Positions 1 to 8,100 of a stretch of 64,000 bases of DNA are shown here, in pieces. The notes beneath the pieces are model-generated. The model was not told where the DNA came from, made no database searches, and saw only the letters and a list, made by a program, of their open reading frames with translations. The DNA comes from an uncultured Selenomonadales bacterium (GTDB lineage: Bacteria; Bacillota; Negativicutes; Selenomonadales; Selenomonadaceae), in the NCBI GenBank assembly GCA_946411735.1, contig CAMKFB010000002.1:572-64571 (forward strand), in the 5' to 3' direction. Each line of letters starts with the position of its first letter. Positions within the stretch are counted from its first letter, which is position 1. Both the position numbers and the translations under genes were made by a program.

Positions 1-120
1 GAAATCGAGGGGCGCCGGTGCGTCATCGAGATCGAGGAGTTCTCGTCGAACGTCGAGGACGAATACTTGACGCTGCCGGCGACGTTGAAGGATGTCACGA
101 AACGAAGGAAGGAGGGCTGA
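1..120 (+). CDS. 3' end of an upstream gene (partial at window edge), function unknown
   Basis: Frame 1 is open from base 1 (..EIEGRRCVIEIEEFSSNVEDEYLTLPATLKDVTKRRKEG) to TGA 118-120. Codons are GC3-rich like the neighbours. Its last codons carry the GGAAGGAGGG SD (107-116) of the next gene. Confidence 0.4.
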   Translation, partial: EIEGRRCVIEIEEFSSNVEDEYLTLPATLKDVTKRRKEG

Positions 121-122
121 TC

Positions 123-941
123 GTGCGGCGGATATTTTTGATATTGACGGCGCTGGTGTGGTCGACGGTGATGTGCGCGACGGCGGGGGCGGCGCCGAGT
201 TGCATAATGCTGACCTTCACCGATGACACACGCTACGATCAGGTGAATACGGCGGCGGAGCTGTCGGACGACGTGATGATCAAGCTGATAAACAGCGGCA
301 AATTCAATTTGAGCGCGGACGAGCCGATCGAGGCGAACATTGCGGCGCATCTTTACGACGAGAAGGTTATCGGCTACGAGGCGATGGAGCGTGCGTTCGA
401 GAGCGACGATTTTGACGAGGTGTTTGAAGAAATTCTCGACGGTCGCAAGGCGCAATCGATCGCGACGGCGCAAGTAGGGCAGATTATTTCTCCGGAGCTC
501 ACGTCGAAAATCGGCAAGAAGAACAACGCCGAGTATTTGATTCAAGGGACGATCATCAATCTGGGCGTGGGCAATTGGATGAAAGAGGATTACTCGACGA
601 TGAGCCGCGCGATCAATATGGCGTCGACGTTCACGGGGATGTCGGGCTCGACGAGTGCGGTCGGCAGTCCGCTTGGCAACATGGCGACGTTCGATGTGAA
701 GAAGACGGGGATTGGCGTGCAGTGCGATGTTCGATTGATCAAGGCGTCGACGGGCGAAATTGTCTGGAGCAAGCGCGTGGTCGGCGTGGCGACGCAAAAG
801 ATGATCGATGTTGGCATTGCGAAATTCGGTCGTGAGAAATTGAACGATGCGTTGCGCGAGAAGGCGCTCGACGAGGCGTCGACAAAAATAGTGGCAGCGC
901 TGATTGACGATCTCGACGCGGGCAAATTGTTCGTGAGGTGA
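123..941 (+). CDS. Secreted CsgG/LpoB/FlgO-like envelope protein, paralog 1
   Basis: In-frame GTG 123 lies 7 nt after GGAGG. Signal peptide RRIFLILTALVWSTVMCATAGAAP. IMLTFTDDT..AELSDDVMIKLINSGKFNL..AEYLIQGTIINLG..VQCDVRLIKASTGEIVWSK matches the CsgG-family pattern by eye. The ORF-track start at 18 has no SD and would bury the signal peptide. Confidence 0.6.
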   Translation: MRRIFLILTALVWSTVMCATAGAAPSCIMLTFTDDTRYDQVNTAAELSDDVMIKLINSGKFNLSADEPIEANIAAHLYDEKVIGYEAMERAFESDDFDEVFEEILDGRKAQSIATAQVGQIISPELTSKIGKKNNAEYLIQGTIINLGVGNWMKEDYSTMSRAINMASTFTGMSGSTSAVGSPLGNMATFDVKKTGIGVQCDVRLIKASTGEIVWSKRVVGVATQKMIDVGIAKFGREKLNDALREKALDEASTKIVAALIDDLDAGKLFVR

Positions 942-945
942 TCTC

Positions 946-1566
946 ATGAGATGCGCGGCGGTAATATTGGCGGTGCTGGCGCTTATCGGAGCGATGATGA
1001 CGGTCGAGGCGGCTCCGCGCGGAGAGAAATACAAGGTGGCGGTGTGCAGCTTCGGCACGTTTCAGGAGATCGACATCGACAATTTGAAGGTCGAGGGCTC
1101 GGAGAAATCGCTATACTCGTTGGTGATTGACGGGCTGCTCGATACAAAAAAATTCTCGGCGTTCGAGCTCGATCGGGCGACGCTTGATGCGGCGGGTGTG
1201 AATTACACCGGCAAGATCACTCCGAGCGATGCAAAGAAGATCGGTGAGGTGCAGGGCGTGCGCTACATCATCTGCGGGAGCGTAAGGAATATCGCGCCGA
1301 TCGAAAGCGAATGCACGGTGCTATCGAACGGGCTGAAGGTTTTCTCGGTGCGGGCGCGCATTTCGTTGCAGATGATGGATGTGACGACCGGCAGGTATGT
1401 CAAGGGCGCGATCGGAGCGGGGACGTCGTCGAGTTCGCACGTGAGGGTCGGCAATGACATACACACGCTCAGCATCGGAACGACGAAGGTAGCGCAAACG
1501 AGCGTGGTGAACGCACTTTGGAAGGCGGCGCAAGACGCGACGAAAAGTCTTGCAGCGGAGTTGTAG
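946..1566 (+). CDS. Secreted CsgG/LpoB/FlgO-like envelope protein, paralog 2
   Basis: ATG follows GAGGTGA. Signal peptide MRCAAVILAVLALIGAMMTVEAAP. YKVAVCSFG..LVIDGLLDTKKFSAFE..VRYIICGSVRNI..ISLQMMDVTTGRYV has the same pattern as paralog 1. Confidence 0.6.
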   Translation: MRCAAVILAVLALIGAMMTVEAAPRGEKYKVAVCSFGTFQEIDIDNLKVEGSEKSLYSLVIDGLLDTKKFSAFELDRATLDAAGVNYTGKITPSDAKKIGEVQGVRYIICGSVRNIAPIESECTVLSNGLKVFSVRARISLQMMDVTTGRYVKGAIGAGTSSSSHVRVGNDIHTLSIGTTKVAQTSVVNALWKAAQDATKSLAAEL

Positions 1567-1595
1567 TCGGCGAAGAAATGATTGGAGGTGGTTGC

Positions 1596-2147
1596 ATGAG
1601 AAAAATATTATTGGCAACACTGTTGATGTTGTTGATGAGCGGTGCGGCATTGGCAATGGAAAAGCCGCGAGCAATCGTTATTACCCCTGAGGTTTCAGGA
1701 GGCGTCTGTGACTGCAGCGATTTGGGGCTGTTTCTTTCGACAACGGAATTTTTAACGGTTGCTCGAGATTTGACTGTGCAGGATGTGTTGGAGATTAACC
1801 AATTTGTTGTTTACGATTGCGATGTGGCATCGGAACAAAAATTGAGCTTCGATGAGTTTGTCAAGCAATACAACATTCAATACTTGATCAGGGTTGACGT
1901 AAGTTTTATAAAAGCCAACGTTTTTACCAAGAATGGTACTGACACTTGTGAACTGCAAGCAGGCGTAAATCTTTCTTTGATTGATATCGAAAGCCGCGAA
2001 ATTCTCTTCAGTACGAATACCGCGGGTAGCACCAAACGTAAGCATTCGGATGCGAGTTACGGAACAATAATTTTTGATGCAATTTCCGACGCGATTAAAA
2101 AGGCGACCATCGAGTTGTCAAGATACTGTGTGGCTAACTTTCCTTGA
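1596..2147 (+). CDS. Secreted CsgG/LpoB/FlgO-like envelope protein, paralog 3 (AT-rich, divergent)
   Basis: ATG 1596 follows GGAGGTGG. Signal peptide MRKILLATLLMLLMSGAALA. RAIVITPEV..IQYLIRVDVSFIK..VNLSLIDIESREILFS echoes paralogs 1 and 2. GC is markedly lower than in the flanks. Confidence 0.5.
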   Translation: MRKILLATLLMLLMSGAALAMEKPRAIVITPEVSGGVCDCSDLGLFLSTTEFLTVARDLTVQDVLEINQFVVYDCDVASEQKLSFDEFVKQYNIQYLIRVDVSFIKANVFTKNGTDTCELQAGVNLSLIDIESREILFSTNTAGSTKRKHSDASYGTIIFDAISDAIKKATIELSRYCVANFP

Positions 2148-2169
2148 TATCGAAAGGAGATGTTCTTCA

Positions 2170-2892
2170 ATGAAAAAGTTAATCGAACTCCTGCTGACGG
2201 CATTTCTGGCGCTTGTCGTCTTGGCGTCGAGCGAGGCAATCGCCGCTTATCAGAGGACGGCGGATAACACTGTACCGGCATATACCGATCGCAATCTCAG
2301 CAATCGGCAGGGCAACGAACGGGTTGATCGCGGCGACGTGGTGACGGTGTTCGAGGAGACGGACAATGCTTATTACGTCCGTTATCCGACTCCGCGCGGG
2401 ACGAAGGATCGTTGGGTGCCGAAGAATATTTTCAATGACAGCGGCTCTCAACCTTCAGGTGATGTGAGACAAAAATTGATGTACGCCGTATTTCGTAATG
2501 ATGGTGCACACATCACTTGTGATTTTGACGGATATCAGAATACGCGCGGCAGACATGAGGGAATTGATATGGTTCTTTCGCACAACGCTCCCGTCTATGC
2601 GGCAATCTCCGGCGTCGTGACGAGAGCCGGCGGCTCATTCAATACCGTTGCCATTTACGATCAGAACAATGATAAAACCGTCGTTTATCTGCACTTTAAT
2701 TCGGTAACGGTTCAACAGGGACAGTATGTTAATAAAGGTGATCACATCGGATATCAGGGAAGTAACGGAGCCTCCGCGTCTCATGTCCACATCGAAGTTC
2801 GTAACGGCAGACGTACGGCAGCCGCAAAAAGTGTAAACGATCCGACGTTGGACAATCCGAATCCTTATGATTATTGGAATAGAGTACTCTAA
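2170..2892 (+). CDS. Secreted SH3-domain / M23 (LytM-type) metallopeptidase
   Basis: ATG 2170 follows AAAGGAG. Signal peptide present. SH3-like segment DRGDVVTVFEETDNAYYVRYPTPRGTKDRWVPKNIF. M23 metal-ligand motifs HEGIDM and HVHIEV. Confidence 0.85.
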   Translation: MKKLIELLLTAFLALVVLASSEAIAAYQRTADNTVPAYTDRNLSNRQGNERVDRGDVVTVFEETDNAYYVRYPTPRGTKDRWVPKNIFNDSGSQPSGDVRQKLMYAVFRNDGAHITCDFDGYQNTRGRHEGIDMVLSHNAPVYAAISGVVTRAGGSFNTVAIYDQNNDKTVVYLHFNSVTVQQGQYVNKGDHIGYQGSNGASASHVHIEVRNGRRTAAAKSVNDPTLDNPNPYDYWNRVL

Positions 2893-2935
2893 GTAAACAT
2901 CCTAATAGAGTTTGTTTAGAGTGTTGATACAGACA

Positions 2936-2974
2936 GTCCTGCGGTGCTCAGCGCGCTCGCGGACATCGCAGGAC
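2936..2974 (+). other. Intra-operon stem-loop (possible processing or attenuation site)
   Basis: GTCCTGCG (2936-2943) pairs with CGCAGGAC (2967-2974). It lies in the only sizeable gap (116 nt) of the operon and is not followed by a proper U-run. Confidence 0.3.
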
Positions 2975-3008
2975 GCAATCTTTATCAATCGAGTGGAGGT
3001 AAAATACA

Positions 3009-4220
3009 ATGTTTAGTCGCATCAAAAAATTGCTCTGCGCGGCGCTTATCGGCGCATCGATGCTCGTCGGCAGCGGCGCGGTCGAGGCGGGCATCGTTAC
3101 CGATCGCTTTCCTCTGACGTGCTATACCGATCATCGCATCAACACTTTCGACAACATCAACGGACGGCAGGTCGGTTACATCGATGCCAACGTCGATTGG
3201 ATCACCATCACCGAGTATCGCGACGGTTGGGTCAAGGCGTCCTACAACGGCTTGCGCAATCCGCAATACAACGCGCGCTGGTTTCAAGTCACCGAAGTTT
3301 GCGCCGATCCGAATTACTCCAATCGCAGCGTGAATGTGCGCGGCAGTCAGACGGTCTACACGACGCGCTCGAGCAATACAAAGATGGGCAGCGTGTCGAA
3401 TAACGAGAGCGTGATCGTCATGGCGGAGGTCGGTAATCGGGCGCAGATTCTTTATCGGCTCGACAACGGCACGGGATATAAGATGGGCTGGGTTCCGAGT
3501 TCGGCGATCGCCTCTCAAAACGTGGGCGGCGGGCTCAAGGGTGATGTCAACGGCGACGGTCAGGTCAATCAAAACGATGTCGATCTGCTTTTGGCGTATT
3601 TGAGAGGTCAAACGCAATCGATTAATCGGAGCAACGCCGACTTCAACGGCGATGGCGACATCAGCATCTCCGACGCCAGCGCGATCCTTAAAAAAATACG
3701 CGAAAATCCTCAGCCTTCGCCTAATCAAGTACAAATAGATTTGAATGTGCCTTTAATCAAACAAACCAATTATCCCAAGGATATGATCGGCACCAGATCG
3801 ATCGCAGCTCGAGGCTGTACAATTACGTCACTGACGATGAAGTACAACTATCATAATCACACCAACATGACGCCGCCGGAAATGATGGAGAAACTCCGTC
3901 CCTTCCGTGGTGAAAACGGCAATGATGTGGATTGGGACAATGTCAAAGCCCGCCTCGGCTATACTACCGATCTCGTTTCCAACAGACCACGCCTCACCAA
4001 CGAGTGGATGGCAAAGATTTACAATCAACTCAAGCGCGGCAATCCTGTCGTGATCGGCGCCTACAACTATCATTGGGTCGTGGTCAAAGGATATACCGGC
4101 ACTTCGACAACAAATTTCAGAGCTGCCGACTTTCAAATCAACGATCCGTCAAATAACTTCACTAACCTTCAACAGTTCATCAATAAATACAGCGGTGGAC
4201 TGCGTGGAATAGTATATTGA
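3009..4220 (+). CDS. Secreted SH3 x2 / dockerin / papain-like cysteine peptidase (C39-like or CHAP-like)
   Basis: SD GGAGG 9 nt upstream. Signal peptide present. SH3-like segments (..DGWVKASY.., ..GYKMGWVPSSAI). Duplicated dockerin type I loops GDVNGDGQVNQNDVDLLLAYL and ADFNGDGDISISDASAIL. C-terminal domain has GCTITSL (Cys), YHWVVVKGY (His) and INDP. Confidence 0.8.
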   Translation: MFSRIKKLLCAALIGASMLVGSGAVEAGIVTDRFPLTCYTDHRINTFDNINGRQVGYIDANVDWITITEYRDGWVKASYNGLRNPQYNARWFQVTEVCADPNYSNRSVNVRGSQTVYTTRSSNTKMGSVSNNESVIVMAEVGNRAQILYRLDNGTGYKMGWVPSSAIASQNVGGGLKGDVNGDGQVNQNDVDLLLAYLRGQTQSINRSNADFNGDGDISISDASAILKKIRENPQPSPNQVQIDLNVPLIKQTNYPKDMIGTRSIAARGCTITSLTMKYNYHNHTNMTPPEMMEKLRPFRGENGNDVDWDNVKARLGYTTDLVSNRPRLTNEWMAKIYNQLKRGNPVVIGAYNYHWVVVKGYTGTSTTNFRAADFQINDPSNNFTNLQQFINKYSGGLRGIVY

Positions 4221-4233
4221 ATGAGGTGTAATC

Positions 4234-5145
4234 ATGAAATTCATCAGAAATAAGTCACTCGTGCTTGCCGCCGCGCTCGGAGCCGCCGCGCTCACCGTCA
4301 ATCCTGTCGCTCAATTGCCCGCCGCTTACGGCGCAACTTCCGTCAACGTCAACGTCAATCAGACCAATATCTCCAACGGGGTCGATTGGTTGCACGGCGC
4401 CGACTCCCTGATCTACGCCGAAGGGCGCGGGCGCTCCGGAGGTAAAGGCGTGTCCATGGCACGTCTCGCCGCCATCACCGACGCGCAACGTCATCTGCTC
4501 GGTACCATCAAGGGCGTGCAGATCGACTCCGAAACTCTCATGGAAGACCTGATAATCGAAAAGGACACCGTCCGTGCGAAGATCAACGGGCTCCTCCGCG
4601 GCGCTCAGATCGTCGAAGAATATCCCATCGATAACGATGAGTACGTCGTCAAGATGGCGGTTCCGCTTTACGGCGTCAACGGCAGTCTCGCCTCCGTCGT
4701 CGTGCCGGAGATCATGGACAGAGGCACGCCCGCGCCTTTCCCGACCGTGTCCTCGAGTGCAATCAGTCAAAGCGAAGCTCAATCGATCAGGAGCGCGCAT
4801 TACACCGGAGTGATCGTCAACGCCGACGGCATGGAGATGTCGCCGACCTTCTCGCCGGTCATTTACGACACTGACGGTCGAGCGATCTACGGCGTCGACA
4901 ATCTGCAATACGATGTGGTCATCGAGAAGGGCATGGTCGATTACGCCGACAATCTCAGCGGCGCGCGCGCGGACGGTCGAGCGGGCAATAATCCGTTGGT
5001 GATCAACGCGGTTGAGGTGCGCGGCGGTCAAAATTCCGTCAATAAAGTCAACGCGGTCGTCAGCGTCGAGGACGCCAATAAAATTCTGCTCGCCAACGAA
5101 GGCAATGATATGCTCGACGATACATCGGTCGTGTTCGTCAAGTAA
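4234..5145 (+). CDS. Secreted LPP20/FlgP-like protein with extra C-terminal domain
   Basis: SD GAGGTG. Signal peptide without a lipobox Cys. GKGVSMARLAAITDAQRHLLGTIKGVQIDSETLMEDL..GLLRGAQIVEEY..EYVVKMAVPLYG resembles the LPP20/FlgP family core by eye. Confidence 0.55.
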   Translation: MKFIRNKSLVLAAALGAAALTVNPVAQLPAAYGATSVNVNVNQTNISNGVDWLHGADSLIYAEGRGRSGGKGVSMARLAAITDAQRHLLGTIKGVQIDSETLMEDLIIEKDTVRAKINGLLRGAQIVEEYPIDNDEYVVKMAVPLYGVNGSLASVVVPEIMDRGTPAPFPTVSSSAISQSEAQSIRSAHYTGVIVNADGMEMSPTFSPVIYDTDGRAIYGVDNLQYDVVIEKGMVDYADNLSGARADGRAGNNPLVINAVEVRGGQNSVNKVNAVVSVEDANKILLANEGNDMLDDTSVVFVK

Positions 5146-5157
5146 GGAGGCGGGTTT

Positions 5158-8100
5158 ATGGCGACTATTAACAACAGCACATCGAATACAATTATATCCG
5201 GCACGTCGGACGATGATCTCATCTACAATGGCTCGTCAATGGTGTACAATGACCCGTCAATGGTGACGATCGATGCCGACGACGGCGACGACACCGTCCA
5301 CAACTACGGCGATTCGGTGACGATAGACACAGGTAATGGCAACGATTCCATCTTCAACACCAATAGCAATAATGTGCTGATCTCTTCCGGAGATGATAAT
5401 GATATAATCCACAACTATCGCGCTCCATTTACGACTATAGATGCGGGCGCGGGAAACGATTTCATCAGCAATAGCTATGGAAGTTCATTGTCGGCAATTG
5501 AGTTGGGAGATGGCAACGATACCGTCCACAACTATGGCGATTCGGTGACGATAGACACAGGTAATGGCAACGATTCCATCCACAACTCAAACGGCTCGAA
5601 CACGATGATAGACGCGCGAGCAGGTGACGACGAGATATATAATAGCGGCACACTGGTGACAATCTCTGCAGGAGACGGCAACGATTCCATCTTCAATGAC
5701 GATGGCTCGTCGGTAACAGTAGATTCTGGCGCAGGCAACGATTCCATCTACAATCGCTACAGCGATTCGGTGATGATCTTTGCGAGGATAGGCAACAATT
5801 ACGTCAATAATGACTATAGAAGTTCATTGTCGGCGATTAATGCGGGCGACGGCAACGATACCATTTATAATGGGGGATCATTAGTGACGATTAATACGGG
5901 CGATGGCGATGATTCCATCATCAACTTCTATGGCTCGAACGTGACAATCAATGCTGGCGACGGCGACGATTTCATCTACGACTACGGATCGTCTACGACA
6001 ATCAACGCGGGCGCTGATGACGATGTGATTAGTCTGGGCGCTGATGTGATTAGTCTTGATGGAAGCTCCGCACTGATCGTCTACAACGACGGTGACGGCA
6101 ATGATTCAATCTACAGTTACGACTCCAACACCGACACGCTCAATATCGCCGACGGGCTCTCGACCACTTCTGTTCAATCCGGCTCCGATATCATCATCAA
6201 CGTCGAAGGTTCGTCGAGCGGCTCGATCACTCTCGTTGACGTTGCCGACTCCGATACCACCGTCGCCCCCACGCCGACTGTCGAGCCCACGCCGACCGTT
6301 GAGTATCATGAAGGCTCCATCAACGCCGCACTCACACTCTCGGACGCGGACACTTCGACGGGCGTCTATGTGGTCGACGGCTCGGTGGAAATCGACAGCG
6401 GCACCGTGTACACGGCGACATTCGCGACTTCGACAGTCAGTACGGATATTGTCGTCGGCGACGTCGAAGAGTTGAACTATTTCGCGCGGAATGTCGGGAG
6501 GCAATCGATCGAAGTCTCCGGCGACAGTTGGAACGTCACCGCCACACAATTCGACGACAGCGTTGCTTGCTCAGGCGAAAACATCATAGTCAATGCCGGC
6601 GCCGGCAATGATGTGATCAATAACACCGGCGCATCCAATGAATTTCATACCGGCGACGGCGATGATTATGTTTACAATGCGGCTTATAGGGGACAAAGAC
6701 GCGGCTCATTGACTACCATCGAAACCGGCGAAGGCAATGATACGATTGACAGCGCCTGCTACGATGTGCTCATCAATGGCGGCAACGGCGGTGATTTGAT
6801 CTCCAATTACAGTTCAGCCGTTACGATCGATGCGGGCAGCGGCGATGATTACATTCTCAACTCCAAAGTGACGGGAGACGAAACGGTCAACGTACATTAC
6901 GGTCACAGATTTTATGGCGGTATCGGTTACAGAACCGGAGCCGAAGTCTCGATAGTCGGCGGCGACGGCAACGACACAATCGAGAATTACGGCGATGATG
7001 TGACGATTGATGCCTCGGGCGGCAACGATGTGATCACTCTCAACGAAGGCTCCGTGCGGATCGTTTATACGGACGGCGACGGTAACGATACCGTCTACGG
7101 TTTCGACTCCGACACAGTAACATTGGCGATCGCCGAAGGTCTCTCGACCACTTCCATTCAATCCGGCACCGATATGATCATCAACGTCGAAGGAGACTCC
7201 GTCGGTTCGCTCACTCTCAAGAATGTATACGCCGATATCGGAAGTATCAATGCTTACGTTGATCTCTCGATTGTGCGCAGCGGCAAAACCGGCTCATTCT
7301 TCGTCACGTCCTCCGACACCTTGAGCGACGGCAATGCCTATCACACTGCCCTCTTCCAAGCTGACGGCTCCGTCAATATCCCTGCCGACGCCGTCACTTA
7401 CAACAATCATTCTTACTATGTCTTCAACGATGTCAACACCGATTGGTACTCTGCGGAGGATTTTGCCGAATCGATCGGCGGTAACCTCGTCATCATCACT
7501 TCCGAAGGCGAACAAAATGTCGTCCAAGGCATGCTCGAATCTCTCGATGAAAGCGTTGCAAAAAATAATTATTGGATGGGAGCCACAATCGAGTCCACCG
7601 GCGAAATCGACGGCGTCAAACAATATAATTATCGCTGGGTCGACGGTACGCCCGTTGATGGAAATTCCTATACTCATTGGCAGCAGTACGGAAGACCGCA
7701 ACCCGATGGAGACAGCGGCTCCATTATGATGTACTATGCGGTTAATCCATATGCTACCAATTCACGGGGCGATTGGAATGATTTCTCGAGCAGTGGAGTA
7801 AACGGCGAATCTTTCTTCGGAATTGAAAACTTCGGAGCGATCGTCGAGTGGAATAATGAGCCGTCAACCGTTATCGGCACCGTCTCGAGCGATCACGTCT
7901 ACTCCGCCGTGTCGGATATCGGTAAGCAATCGATCACCGTTGCAAGCGATTGGTTCGTCACCGCCTCCGACCTCGACGACTCGATTCTGATCACCGGCGA
8001 CGCCTCTACCGTCGAACCCGGCAACGGCAATGATGTGATCTCCATCAACGGCGGCTCCGCGCGGATCGAGTATAAAGACGGCAACGGCGATGATACGATC

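Noticed and set aside
1025-8054. Absence of the CTCCGCGCGGAG palindrome over 7 kb as evidence that the operon is foreign
   Set aside because: Comparable palindrome-free gaps of 6-6.5 kb occur in core regions (21105-27604 and 57479-63527). The gap is therefore not statistically informative on its own.
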